DNA of 64,000 bases. It comes from Chloroflexota bacterium (GTDB taxonomy: Bacteria; Chloroflexota; UBA11872; VXOZ01). The translations under genes and the position numbers were made by a program. The stretch covers positions 192,001 through 256,000 of the forward strand of contig CAXXVD010000003.1 of the NCBI GenBank assembly GCA_963662335.2, written 5' to 3'. This document shows positions 8,723 to 18,637 of the stretch, one piece after another (position 1 is the stretch's first letter; each line of letters opens with the position of its first letter). The notes beneath the pieces are model-generated. The model worked only from the letters and a program-made list of their open reading frames with translations. It was not told the DNA's origin and did no database searches.

Positions 8723-10527
8723 CAGACTTGGCGCCTTTCGCGCCTGGGCAAGCCGGTCAAATACCACGCCGTCACCCGCGCCAGCACGCCAACGTCCTGC
8801 CGCAAGTCGCGGTTGCGCCACCTGAATAGAACTTTCGCCGCCTGCTGCGCCGTGTAGACGGCAAACAGAAGACCGACGCAAACCCGTATCGGCAGGGCGG
8901 CCAAGCGGCCGCGTTCTTTGGCCAGGAACGCCTGGCGGCTGCGGTGGAAGTTCAGGGCGCGGGCGGTGGGGTCTTGGTCCGCGCTTTGGCTCCGGTGGTG
9001 CAGCACCCGCGCGCCGGGGAAGTAGGCAACGTCCCAGCCCGCTTCCCGGATGCGCCGGCACCAATCGGTCTCCTCGAAGTACATGAAGAAGCGGGGATCG
9101 AAACCGCCCACCGCCCGCAGTACCGCCCGCCGCGCCACCAGGCACGCGCCTTCCACCCACTCCACGGTGGCCGCTCGCGTTGCGTCCAAGTCGCGGCAGT
9201 AGAAGCGCCGGAGCGCGGGTACCTCGCCCAACCACCACTGGAGCGGCGTGCTTTCCAGGAACGCGGCGGCGAGCGTATACGATCGGCGGCACGTCCACTG
9301 GGCGGTTCCGTCCGCTTGAACGACGTGCGGCCCGAGCAGCCCGGCGCGCGGCTGACGCGCCAGGTAGTCCCGCGCTGCCGTAAAGAAGCCGGGTTCCACG
9401 CTGGCGTCGGGATTCAGGATTACTATCAATTCGCCCCGCGCGGCCAGCATACCCTGGTTTGCCGCCCGGCCGAATCCCGTGTTCTCGGCATTTTCCAGCA
9501 GCCGCACGTGGGGAAAGCGCGCCCGCACCGTTGCCGCGCTGCCGTCTGCCGAGGCGTTATCCACCACGATCACCTCGCCGTCAATGTCGGCACACTCCAT
9601 GTCGGCCAGCACCGAATCGATAGCGGACGCGAGCAAGTCGGCCACGTTGTAGGAGACGATGACGACGGAGACGCCGCGCGTTGCCGCCGGCATTTCCCAG
9701 AATTGCCGCCAAACGGCAGTAGTGGGGTCGTTTTCCAGCGCCGCAAGGTGTCGGTAGGTGCGCCATTCGAAGTAGGCCGTCGCTACGCTGAGCGCGAAAC
9801 CCAGCCAGCCGTCGGCGTATCCCTGCCAAGTGAAGAACCGGCGCTTGAAGGCGCGCAACGGCTGCAGGACGTAATTGCGCCAGCGCACCCGTTGCCCCGC
9901 CAGCCAGAAGCGACGCGCCTCCAGCCTGGCGTGGAAATGCTGCTTGGTAACGAAATGCCGCACCGAACGGTAGTTGTAGTGGATGAGTTGCTGCCGCAAG
10001 CGCTCTTCGGGTCCCGTCAGCGCCACAATCTCGTGGGTAAAGTGAGCGGGATCGTAGCGGCCTTGGTCTGCGCGAAACAACCTGAGTTGGTAGTCAGGAC
10101 CCCAGCCGGTGTGCCGTATCCAGCGTTGCTTGAAGAGGTTCTTGCGCGGAATCCAATAGCCGACAACCGCTTCATCGCGTACCGCCTGGCGGATTTCCGT
10201 TGCCAGTTCCGGCGGCACGCGCTCGTCAGAGTCGACGAAGAGCACCCATGGGGTCCGCACGTGATCCAGAGCGAAGTTGCGCTGCGCCGCAAGACTATCG
10301 AGTTTGCGCTGCAACACGCGCACGCCTTGCCGTTCGCACAGGGCCCGGGTATCGTCCGTGCTGAAATCGTCCACCGCCACGATGCTATCGGCCCAGGCAA
10401 GGGTAGCGAGACACATCGCGATCTCCGCCGCCACATTGCGCGTTAGTACCACGGCCGTTATGCCGGTGGCCGCTGGGGGTGCAGATGGATTTCCGTTTGC
10501 GCGGGAATGACTCGGTTCAGTTGTCAT
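8722..10527 (-). CDS. two-domain glycosyltransferase family 2
   Basis: Domain 1 VDDFSTDDT...LFVDSDE...PDYQLRLF; domain 2 VIVSYN...VVDNASADGS...LNPD...FFMYFEETDWC. Confidence 0.9.
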   Translation of the reverse strand: MTTEPSHSRANGNPSAPPAATGITAVVLTRNVAAEIAMCLATLAWADSIVAVDDFSTDDTRALCERQGVRVLQRKLDSLAAQRNFALDHVRTPWVLFVDSDERVPPELATEIRQAVRDEAVVGYWIPRKNLFKQRWIRHTGWGPDYQLRLFRADQGRYDPAHFTHEIVALTGPEERLRQQLIHYNYRSVRHFVTKQHFHARLEARRFWLAGQRVRWRNYVLQPLRAFKRRFFTWQGYADGWLGFALSVATAYFEWRTYRHLAALENDPTTAVWRQFWEMPAATRGVSVVIVSYNVADLLASAIDSVLADMECADIDGEVIVVDNASADGSAATVRARFPHVRLLENAENTGFGRAANQGMLAARGELIVILNPDASVEPGFFTAARDYLARQPRAGLLGPHVVQADGTAQWTCRRSYTLAAAFLESTPLQWWLGEVPALRRFYCRDLDATRAATVEWVEGACLVARRAVLRAVGGFDPRFFMYFEETDWCRRIREAGWDVAYFPGARVLHHRSQSADQDPTARALNFHRSRQAFLAKERGRLAALPIRVCVGLLFAVYTAQQAAKVLFRWRNRDLRQDVGVLARVTAWYLTGLPRRERRQV

Positions 10528-10542
10528 GACGGTCTCTACGGC

Positions 10543-11532
10543 TCAGGACCTTGTCTTGCGTTCACGCTCTAGCGCCAGCGCCAGCACACGCAGTCGGCTC
10601 TGCCAGCGCTTGCGGAGTTCACTCTTGCTCTCGTGATGCAGCCGTAGCGGGAGCATTCGCAGCAGTTGCCACACAATGCCCACTGCCACAATGGCCCGCG
10701 CGGCCCACCGGTAGCCCCAGCTATGGTGCTTGCCGAAGAGGCGGAAGCGGCTGCGGTGCAGTTCCACGAACATGCGTCCGGCCTGCTGCCGCGTGCTTTG
10801 GCCGCCGTGGTGCATCACTCGCGCGCCGGGCACGTGCATGATCTCCCAGCCCGCCTGCTTGATGCGGCGGCACCAGTCGATCTCCTCGCAGTACATGAAG
10901 AACCGTTCGTCCAGCAGCCCCGCGTCCGCGCACACCGCGCGCCGCGCCATCATGCAAGCCCCCAGGGGATGGTCCATGGCGAACGGCTGTTCGTAGCGCG
11001 CAAACGGGTAGCGCCCGTTCAGGCGGGAGTTGAGCAAGCGGTGATGCAGGGGAAATACGTCGAGGAACGCCATGGCGAGCGTGGGAAAGCGAAAGGCCGC
11101 GTGCTGGTACGTGCCGTCGCTGTGGAGCAGGGTCGGCCCGACCAGCCCGACCGTTGGCTGTGCGTGCAGGAAGGCCGCGAGCGCGTCCAACGCGCCGGGG
11201 AAAAGCTCTGTGTCCGGGTTGAGCAGGCAGAGATATTCGCCCTGCGCGGCGCGCAAGCCCTGATTGCACGCGGCGGCAAAGCCGCGATTATCGCTATTGG
11301 CAATCACCTGCGCGTGTGGAAACTGGGCGCGCACCATGGCTGCGCTATCGTCGGCGGAGGCGTTATCCACCACGATCACCTCGTCCGGCGGGCGCGGCTC
11401 CGCCGCAAGGGACGCCAAGCAGCGCGCCAGCAGCGCCCGCGTATTGTACGAAACGATGATGACGGAAACGGTGGGTTGAGATACGGAAATGGCGGATTGG
11501 GAATTGGAATCGCTGGGTTGGGACTGGTCCAT
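10543..11532 (-). CDS. glycosyltransferase family 2 (WbbL/rhamnosyltransferase-like)
   Basis: VIIVSYN, VVDNASAD, NRGFAAACNQG, LLNPDT, FFMYCEEIDWC. Confidence 0.9.
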   Translation of the reverse strand: MDQSQPSDSNSQSAISVSQPTVSVIIVSYNTRALLARCLASLAAEPRPPDEVIVVDNASADDSAAMVRAQFPHAQVIANSDNRGFAAACNQGLRAAQGEYLCLLNPDTELFPGALDALAAFLHAQPTVGLVGPTLLHSDGTYQHAAFRFPTLAMAFLDVFPLHHRLLNSRLNGRYPFARYEQPFAMDHPLGACMMARRAVCADAGLLDERFFMYCEEIDWCRRIKQAGWEIMHVPGARVMHHGGQSTRQQAGRMFVELHRSRFRLFGKHHSWGYRWAARAIVAVGIVWQLLRMLPLRLHHESKSELRKRWQSRLRVLALALERERKTRS

Positions 11533-11550
11533 GTTTTCGCCTCGCCGGCT

Positions 11551-11663
11551 GCCGTCATTGCCGCGCCCTCACCGTCACTCCCGCACCCTTGCCGTCATTC
11601 CGGCGAAAGCCGGAATCCATTTGGGCACGCGCGCCCTGGATTCCGGCTTTCGCCGGAATGACG
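11551..11663. repeat. REP family B inverted pair (GTCATTCCGGCGAAAGCCGGAATCCA) preceded by two degenerate 20-bp tandem units
   Basis: Perfect inverted pair 11593-11619 / 11637-11663; CCGTCA recurs at 20-bp spacing from 11552. Confidence 0.8.
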
Positions 11664-11702
11664 GAAAACGTCGCCTCGGCTGCGGCCCGCCCGGCTGCGG
11701 CT

Positions 11703-12311
11703 TCACGCGAACCAGCCGTGGAACACGTCCGCGCCCCAGGCCGCCAGATGCGCCACCGTCACGAACTTGACCGTATTGCCAAGCAGACACGCCAGGAAGA
11801 ACCGGCTGACCGGATACTGCACGGAGCCGGCCGCGAACCCCGCCACGTCGAAGAACGGATTGGGAATGGCCGCGAACACGAAGAGAGTGATCATGCCGCG
11901 CTTGGCAATCCACCGCTTCAGGCGATCATACCACGCCCGGCCGCCGACAAAGCGCTCGACGACCCGGTGCGACCCCACGCCGGCCAGGTAGCCCGCGACC
12001 TCGCCGACGGTAGCGCCGACGGCGGCCGCGGCGGCGACCAACAGCGGGTTCCACACCGTCGCGCCCGCAATCAGCGCCGCCATGCCCGGCACCGGCAAGA
12101 CGAACGCGCCGCTGCCAACCATATTCAGCACGAATATGCCCAGGTAGCCCGCCGCCTGCAAGCCCTCCAGCCGCTCTCGATACACGATGAAGGCAACGGT
12201 GAGCGCGATGAGCGGCACGAACGCGGCGGCGCGCGGCAGCGCCGGCGCAAGCCGGTACTTCAGGCGCTGCGCGCGCGTTAGGTCAGATCCGGCTATCTCC
12301 GCTGATTCCAT
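11703..12311 (-). CDS. VTT/DedA (SNARE-associated) membrane protein
   Basis: Hydrophobic helices; LPVPG, GATVGEVAGYLAG, AAIPNPFFDVAG. Confidence 0.8.
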   Translation of the reverse strand: MESAEIAGSDLTRAQRLKYRLAPALPRAAAFVPLIALTVAFIVYRERLEGLQAAGYLGIFVLNMVGSGAFVLPVPGMAALIAGATVWNPLLVAAAAAVGATVGEVAGYLAGVGSHRVVERFVGGRAWYDRLKRWIAKRGMITLFVFAAIPNPFFDVAGFAAGSVQYPVSRFFLACLLGNTVKFVTVAHLAAWGADVFHGWFA

Positions 12312-12359
12312 AGCCCACCGGGCGCTCCCCGGTTCACCCCGTTCATACCGGCAGTAGCC

Positions 12360-13691
12360 TTACCACACCAGCCGCCGGAACGGCTCGCGCGCGGTCTCCG
12401 CCTCCAGCAGGTCGTCGAGTTCTCCCGCCAGGGCGCGCTTGACAACCGCCAGCGCCTCGGCGGCGGCCGCTCCGGTGACGGCGACGTCTTCATCCGTGTG
12501 CGCCAGCGTGGCCGTGAACGCGGTGTAGCAAAAGACGCCGCGCTTGACCATCTCCTGGATGAAGAGCGTCTCGATGGGTTTCTTCAGCGCCGGATCCGGC
12601 AGGTCGAACGCCAACGTCGGCATGGTGTGCACGCCGGTGACCGTCGCCGCAACGCCGGCCGCGTCGATGGCGGCTCGCAGCGCCGCCCTTACTTTCTCGC
12701 CGATCTCCTTGAAGCGCGCGGGCGCGTGCCGCCGCTTCAGTTCGCCGATCGTGGCCACCGACGCCGCCAGGCCCACGGCCTCGCTCCAGTAGGAACTCGA
12801 GACGAACATGCGGCTCGCCGGTTCCATGGCCGCGCGGGAACCGACCACGCAACCCATGGCGTAGCCGTTGGACATGGACTTGGCAAAGGTGGCCATGTCG
12901 GGCGTGACGCCCAGCCACTCCTGCGCGCCGCCCAGCGCCAGCCGCCAGCCCGACGACACCTCGTCCAGGATGAAGAGCGCGTCGTGGGCGCGGCACATGT
13001 CCTGCACGGCTTCCAGGTAGCCCGGCGCGGGCGGCTCGGAGCGCATCGGCTCCATCATCACCGCCGCCACCTCGCCTTTGTGCGCCGCGAATCCTCTTTC
13101 CAGGCTATCAAGATTGCCGTAGGTAAAGGGGATTGCCGTGCCCGCCAGCGCCCGCGGCACCCCGATCGGCTCGATGCCCGCAAAGGGGAACTCATCGGTC
13201 TCCGGGTCGGCGAGGTAATTGGCCGACTGGTACCAATCGTGCCAGCCGTGGTAGCCGGAGAAGAGGATTGTGTCCCTGCCGGTCGTGCCGCGGGCGATGC
13301 GCACCGCCACCGCGCAGGCCTCGCCGCCGCCTTTGGTGTAGCGCACCATCTCCGCGCTGGGGATGGTCTCCACCAGCAGTTCGGCAAGCTCGATCTCCAG
13401 CGGACTGTTCAGGCTGTAGAGGCTGCCCGCGTCGATCTGCGCCTTCACAGCGGTGTCCGCCACGTCGTCGGCGTGGCCCAGGATGATGGCCGTCACCGCG
13501 TTCACCCAGTCGATGTACTCGTTGCCGTCCACGTCGGTGAAGCGCGCGCCTTTGGCATAGGCGGCGTAGATGGGGCTGACGGGGTGGGCAAAGCCGCTCG
13601 CCCGGCGGCTGATGAGCTGCGTCCGGCCGGGAATGAGCCGGCCGGCCTGCCGGTAGAGAGCGAGGGAACGTTGTACTCTGCTCCGCGTCAT
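12360..13691 (-). CDS. class III aminotransferase (glutamate-1-semialdehyde aminomutase-like)
   Basis: DVDGNEYIDW, GYHGWHDW, LFILDEVSSGWR, FAKSMSNGY. Confidence 0.85.
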   Translation of the reverse strand: MTRSRVQRSLALYRQAGRLIPGRTQLISRRASGFAHPVSPIYAAYAKGARFTDVDGNEYIDWVNAVTAIILGHADDVADTAVKAQIDAGSLYSLNSPLEIELAELLVETIPSAEMVRYTKGGGEACAVAVRIARGTTGRDTILFSGYHGWHDWYQSANYLADPETDEFPFAGIEPIGVPRALAGTAIPFTYGNLDSLERGFAAHKGEVAAVMMEPMRSEPPAPGYLEAVQDMCRAHDALFILDEVSSGWRLALGGAQEWLGVTPDMATFAKSMSNGYAMGCVVGSRAAMEPASRMFVSSSYWSEAVGLAASVATIGELKRRHAPARFKEIGEKVRAALRAAIDAAGVAATVTGVHTMPTLAFDLPDPALKKPIETLFIQEMVKRGVFCYTAFTATLAHTDEDVAVTGAAAAEALAVVKRALAGELDDLLEAETAREPFRRLVW

Positions 13692-13784
13692 GTTCCGTGC
13701 CGTCCCTTCGTTGCGAGGTTGTGAGGATTGAGATTGTGAAAATTCTTGAAGAAACAACCCGTCTTGCCGATTCCCGTTCTGCCT

Positions 13785-13982
13785 CTCCGGCAACCAGTCA
13801 GTCACTCCGGCAACCAGTCAGTCATTCCGGCGAAAGCCGGAATCCATCTTCTCATTCCATCGGTGTAGGGGCACGACATGTCGTGCCCCTACACCGAACG
13901 CGCGCCGCGTCGCAAGAGGCGGGGGACAAGCCCCCGCGCTACGACAAACAGGACGCCATTGGGGCGCATGCCCCGGCGCTAC
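13785..13982. repeat. REP cluster: 2x20-bp direct repeat + family B + 38-bp perfect palindrome + family A
   Basis: CTCCGGCAACCAGTCAGTCA x2 (13785-13824); TCGGTGTAGGGGCACGACATGTCGTGCCCCTACACCGA 13860-13897; family A 13919-13942. Confidence 0.8.
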
Positions 13983-14085
13983 GCATTAGATTCCTCGCTT
14001 GCGCACGCGCTGGCGACAGAGTCTTTGCTACACTATATCTTGTAACATGAGCGCCAGTGTGTGCAATGCGTGAAAGGAGAACGAG

Positions 14086-14643
14086 GTGCGTCTATTCAGA
14101 AGCGTGGTTCCCTTGCTACTTGCCGCCGGGGCGTTGCTGCTCACGGCCGGCTGCTCGGTGCAGGTGCAAGAAGCGCCGGCCGCGCCCCTGGACGTAGGCG
14201 CGACGGCCACGGCCATGCTGGCCGCGCCGGACGGCGCCGCCATGGGCACGGTGACGCTCACCCAAACGCCGCACGGGGTCATCCTCGCCGCGGATCTGAG
14301 CGGTTTGGCGCCGGGCGGGCACGGCTTCCACATTCACGAGACGGGCAGTTGCGCGCCGGACTTTTCCGCGGCCGGCGGGCACTACGCGCCCCTGGGACAC
14401 GGCCACGGCCTTGCCCATGAGGGCGGCGTCCATGCCGGCGACTTGCCAAACGTATTCGCCGCGGCGGACGGAACGGCCCGCGCGGACGTCTTCACCAGCA
14501 AGGTGACGCTAACGGCAGACCTGCCCCACACGCTCTTCGATGAGGACGGCTCCGCGATCATCATCCATGAGAAGCCCGACACCTACGGCGATGACCCCGC
14601 CGCCGGCGCCCGTGTCGCCTGCGGCGTGATTACGCTGGACTGA
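14086..14643 (+). CDS. sodC: Cu/Zn superoxide dismutase, lipoprotein
   Basis: LTAGC lipobox; HGFHIHE, AGGHY, HAGDLPN, IIIHE..D, ARVACG. Confidence 0.9.
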   Translation: MRLFRSVVPLLLAAGALLLTAGCSVQVQEAPAAPLDVGATATAMLAAPDGAAMGTVTLTQTPHGVILAADLSGLAPGGHGFHIHETGSCAPDFSAAGGHYAPLGHGHGLAHEGGVHAGDLPNVFAAADGTARADVFTSKVTLTADLPHTLFDEDGSAIIIHEKPDTYGDDPAAGARVACGVITLD

Positions 14644-14645
14644 CG

Positions 14646-15515
14646 GTGCAGCCGCTCATAAAGACCCACAATCTGCGCCATACCTATGCCGACGGCGCCC
14701 ACGTCGATTTGGCCGGCTGCGATCTCGCCATCTGGCCGGGTGACCGCGTGGCGGTGGTGGGCGCGAACGGCGCGGGCAAGAGCACCCTCTTCCTGCTGTT
14801 GCTCGGCATGTTGCGCCCCAGCGCGGGCACGGTGCAGGTTTTGGGGCATGATCCGGCCGCGGACTTCGCCAGGATCCGCCAGCGCATCGGCGTGGTCTTG
14901 CAGAACGTGGAGTACCAGATTCTGGCCCCGACGGTGTGGGAGGACATTTCCTTCTCTCCCAGGAACTACGGCTTGCCGCAGGAGGAGGTCGCGCGCCTCA
15001 CCAACGCCGTCATGGAGACGCTGCGCATCACGCACCTGGCGGACAAAGTGCCGCACTACCTCTCGGCCGGCGAGAAGCGGCGGGTGGCGCTGGCGGGCGC
15101 GTTGGTGATGCAGCCGGAACTATTGGTGCTGGATGAGCCGTTCGAGGGCCTCGATCCGGCCTCACGCGACGACCTGATTGCTCTGCTCAACACCCTCAAC
15201 CGCGAGCGCGGCGCCACCCTCATCATCTCCACCCATCACCTGGACCTGATACCGGAAATCTCCGACGGCGTGTACGTGCTGGACGGACAGCGCGGCATCG
15301 TGTGCCGCTACTGCGTGGCAGACCTCTTCGAGCAGGACGAGATGCTGCGGGAGGCCAACGTTTCACCGCCAATCCTGAGCGAACTCTTTGGCGAGTTGCG
15401 CCAACGCGGCGTGGACGCGAAGACGCCGGTCACGGTCTCCCAGGCCGCCGAGGACCTGATGGAACTCATCCGCAACGGCAACGGACCGCCGGAAGGCACA
15501 GAGGATTCCCCCTAG
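14646..15515 (+). CDS. ECF-type (CbiO/EcfA-like) ABC ATP-binding protein
   Basis: GANGAGKS, VLQN..YQILAPTVWEDISF, LSAGEKRRVALAG, LDEP. Confidence 0.85.
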   Translation: MQPLIKTHNLRHTYADGAHVDLAGCDLAIWPGDRVAVVGANGAGKSTLFLLLLGMLRPSAGTVQVLGHDPAADFARIRQRIGVVLQNVEYQILAPTVWEDISFSPRNYGLPQEEVARLTNAVMETLRITHLADKVPHYLSAGEKRRVALAGALVMQPELLVLDEPFEGLDPASRDDLIALLNTLNRERGATLIISTHHLDLIPEISDGVYVLDGQRGIVCRYCVADLFEQDEMLREANVSPPILSELFGELRQRGVDAKTPVTVSQAAEDLMELIRNGNGPPEGTEDSP

Positions 15516-15609
15516 CCTGCCGAGTGCCAGCCACTCTCGCTTCTTTTCTACACAAGTTGCATGTCGCTTGCTGTTCACACTGAATGATCGACACGTCCGT
15601 ATTAACCTG

Positions 15610-15648
15610 CCTCTATACCCTTGACGCTGTCCCATAGAGGTATATACT
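15610..15648 (+). promoter_or_regulatory. promoter with inverted-repeat operator straddling the -35 box
   Basis: TTGACG-16 nt-TATACT; CCTCTAT (15610-15616) ... ATAGAGG (15634-15640). Confidence 0.5.
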
Positions 15649-15696
15649 GACATTGTAGTGTGTTAGCGTACCTCAAGCGACTGGAGGTGGTAGGCG

Positions 15697-17076
15697 ATGA
15701 AACGTGCAAGCACGACCATTCCCATCACGAGGCGTGGCTTTCTTGGTATGACCGCAGCCACGGCGAGCGCTTTCTTGGCTGCGTGCGGCGCATTGCCCGT
15801 GGCAGCACCGGAAGAAGGGCCCAAGGCGGCAGAGCCGGAAGCCAAAGAGGCGGCGCCGAAGGCGGCTGAAGTCACCGAAGTCATATGGGCATGCTATAAC
15901 CTGGGCGAAGAGCGCAATAAGACCCTGGGCGACATGGAGGCGGCCGCAAACGACGTCCTGCAGGGCGAGCGCGTCACACTGACAATAACCCCACCAGGCA
16001 CCAACCTGTGGGAGAAGCTGCAGACCGAGTTCGCTGGCGGCCAAACAACCTACGATATTGTCGTGAACCAGATCAACTGGGTGCAGGTAGGCGCGGCGCG
16101 CGGCCTGTTTGCGTCCATGGACGAGCAGATGGCCAGGGACAACATCGCACGGGAGGAGTTTCTGGATACGGCGTCCTGGCTCTTCAAGAACAAGCTCTAC
16201 GCGCTGCCGTTCCAGGTGAGCGGCGAACTACTCTTCTACAATAAGGCGATCTTCGACAAGGAGGGCATGGAGCATCCGACCCCCGAGTGGACCTGGGACG
16301 ACGTGATCACAAATGCCACGAAGCTCACTGAACGCACGGGTGACAAGACCGAGCAATGGGGTTATAACTTTGGCTACACGGGCATCAACGTGGGGTTAGG
16401 CACCTTCATGCTCAACAATGGTGGCCAGGTGCTAAATGAGGCCCGAGATCGCGTGGTGTACGGTGAGGACCAGTTCGCCATCGGCGGCGCGCAGGTATTC
16501 GTGGACTTCATCCTGAAGCACAAGATCGTGCCCTGGGGAGAGGAGCGGGGCGAACTGCGCACGCAAGGCGGCGGTTCGGTGATGGGCAGTGGCGTTGCCG
16601 CCATGGACTCCTTCCACATGTATCCCCTCGTGAACGTGGTCGGGAAGATTGGCGACGATCTCGGCATGACCGCCGTTCCCAGCGGTCCCGCGGCGCGGAC
16701 CGTAGAAGTGCACAGCAATTCCTGGTCCATTCTGGGACTGAGCAAGGTGCTCGACGCTGCCTGGAACGTGATGAAAGTCGTTGCCGGTGAAGAGGGTCAG
16801 ACACTCTGGACAACCCAGAACTATCCCGGCCTGGCGAGTGTAACGGGAGAATTCCAGAAGAACTTCCCCGGCCTGGACTTCTCTCCCATCATCGAGCAGT
16901 GGCAGCAGCACGGACGCGACTTCTTCATCACGCCGGACGTGGACGCGTGGCGCAAGGCCGCCAATGCCGAGCTTACGCCGATGTACACCGGCGAAAAGAC
17001 GGTGCCGGAAGCCGTAAAGGCCTCGGCAGACGCCGCCAACGCGGTCCTAGCCGAGCGTCCGGATGAACTAAAGTAA
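15697..17076 (+). CDS. ABC transporter extracellular solute-binding protein (sugar-type), Tat lipoprotein
   Basis: TRRGFLG Tat motif, LAAC lipobox, LYALP, FYNKAIFDKEG, WTWDD; RBS GGAGGT. Confidence 0.85.
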   Translation: MKRASTTIPITRRGFLGMTAATASAFLAACGALPVAAPEEGPKAAEPEAKEAAPKAAEVTEVIWACYNLGEERNKTLGDMEAAANDVLQGERVTLTITPPGTNLWEKLQTEFAGGQTTYDIVVNQINWVQVGAARGLFASMDEQMARDNIAREEFLDTASWLFKNKLYALPFQVSGELLFYNKAIFDKEGMEHPTPEWTWDDVITNATKLTERTGDKTEQWGYNFGYTGINVGLGTFMLNNGGQVLNEARDRVVYGEDQFAIGGAQVFVDFILKHKIVPWGEERGELRTQGGGSVMGSGVAAMDSFHMYPLVNVVGKIGDDLGMTAVPSGPAARTVEVHSNSWSILGLSKVLDAAWNVMKVVAGEEGQTLWTTQNYPGLASVTGEFQKNFPGLDFSPIIEQWQQHGRDFFITPDVDAWRKAANAELTPMYTGEKTVPEAVKASADAANAVLAERPDELK

Positions 17077-17101
17077 TCCTCATCCGGCACACAGTTTATA
17101 G

Positions 17102-17156
17102 ACATACCGTTCTCCCCCGCGTGCTCAGCGGCGCGGGGGAGAACGGTATGTTATTT
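17102..17156 (+). terminator. intrinsic terminator
   Basis: 20-bp perfect stem ACATACCGTTCTCCCCCGCG / CGCGGGGGAGAACGGTATGT followed by TATTT. Confidence 0.7.
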
Positions 17157-17424
17157 GCTGCTGACACACAGCGCCTTGACTTGATTATCGGGCTTTTGCC
17201 AGTGCTAGGGCGAGCCTCCTTAATCAGCCGTCGCGCGGGGGCTTGTCCCCCGCTTCCCCTTGTCGCGGCACGGGGCAAGCTTGGAGCCAGATGCATACAC
17301 CGTCTCGGTCACAGTGCTTAGTATCGTTCCAATCACGTACTCTGTAGCCTTGGCGCGTGCCGTGTATGTGCAGTGACCATTGGGGAAGACCGTGTGGCGA
17401 CAGCAGGCAGGAGTCGCACTTTCT

Positions 17425-17835
17425 CTATCGTAAGAAGCGAAGAAAGCGCGCGGCGCGGGCCACCTTGCGCCCAAGCTGAATTGAGCGGTCGAAGTCTTCC
17501 TTGATGGTGGGGTCGTTGTCGTACTGTTCTTTCACGTCCTTGACCAGGGTAGACCCGCCGGCCTTGAGGGCGCGAAAGAACTTGGACCCGGCGACCGGCT
17601 TTGGCACGGGGAACGGCTCTCTTTGCGCTCGCTTTACGTCATACGCGGTGCGGTAGGCGGGATTGGTGAGGACGTGGTAGGCCTCCGCCACCATCCGCAC
17701 CCGCGCGGCGAGTTCCCCGGCGTCGGTCTCTGCCGCTTGCGCCTGCGCGGCGGCGAGCGCGCGCCGGAAACCGGCTTCGATCTCCTCCGCTTCGGCATCC
17801 TCGGCGACGCCAAGTACATCGTAGTAGCTTTGCAT
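17425..17835 (-). CDS. J-domain-like protein lacking the HPD motif
   Basis: SYYDVLGV...AEEIEAGFRR...VAEAYHVLTNP..R.AYD DnaJ pattern without HPD. Confidence 0.7.
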   Translation of the reverse strand: MQSYYDVLGVAEDAEAEEIEAGFRRALAAAQAQAAETDAGELAARVRMVAEAYHVLTNPAYRTAYDVKRAQREPFPVPKPVAGSKFFRALKAGGSTLVKDVKEQYDNDPTIKEDFDRSIQLGRKVARAARFLRFLR

Positions 17836-17846
17836 GGGCTTGCTCG

Positions 17847-18509
17847 CTATTCGTCGGTTGCCTCAAGTATAGCGGACGAGCGGCGCCGCGATTCCATCTC
17901 TGCCGCCTCATCCGCTCCCGGCGGTTTTCCCGGCCGTGTCAGAATCCTGATCACAACGAATCCACCAATGAGCAAAATCATAAAGACAACAAACAGTATG
18001 TCAAGATACTCGTCGATGAAGGCCGCGATCGGTTCGCCGAAGAGCGCGATCAGCAGCCCGACGGCAAAGAAACGGGCGCCGCGCCCCAGCAGCGACGCCA
18101 GCATGAAACGCCCAAAATGCAGCCGGAACATGCCGGCCGTGACGGTGAAGACCTTATACGGTATCGGCGTGAGCGCGGCAATGAGAATCGCCCACACGTC
18201 CCAGCGCTGGTACTTGCGCTCCACGAATTCGACTTTGTCCTGCGAGAAGAGGCGGTCTACCACCGGCCGGCCACCCCACATGCCGATTAGGTAGCCGATG
18301 CCGGCGCCAACGAGCGAACCGGCGAGGCAGATCGCCGCAAAGACCAGCGCAAAGCTGGGCTTGCCGACGCCCAAGGCGATGAGCAACGGGTCCGGCGGCA
18401 CCGGAAAGATGATCGACTCCGCCGCTGAGAGTAGAAAGAGCGCCAACCCGCCATAGGGCGAGTCCGCCCAGGCGAGCACCCAATCGACCAAGTCGTGGAG
18501 GATGTCCAT
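17847..18509 (-). CDS. YqaA/DedA family membrane protein
   Basis: AESIIFPVPPDPLL, ALTPIPYKVFTVTAG, GRGARFF. Confidence 0.85.
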   Translation of the reverse strand: MDILHDLVDWVLAWADSPYGGLALFLLSAAESIIFPVPPDPLLIALGVGKPSFALVFAAICLAGSLVGAGIGYLIGMWGGRPVVDRLFSQDKVEFVERKYQRWDVWAILIAALTPIPYKVFTVTAGMFRLHFGRFMLASLLGRGARFFAVGLLIALFGEPIAAFIDEYLDILFVVFMILLIGGFVVIRILTRPGKPPGADEAAEMESRRRSSAILEATDE

Positions 18510-18556
18510 TGAAATCCTGATTCTCTTCGTAGAGCGTTTCTATCAAGTCCGCACGA

Positions 18557-18593
18557 TCCGTTCACGCTTCGACAGGCTCAGCGCGAACGGATT
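18557..18593. repeat. REP family C palindrome
   Basis: ATCCGTTCACGCTTCGACAGGCTCAGCGCGAACGGAT. Confidence 0.75.
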
Positions 18594-18637
18594 ACGCAGG
18601 CCATACGGCAACCTACAAGAAGATGGCAAACAAGCGC

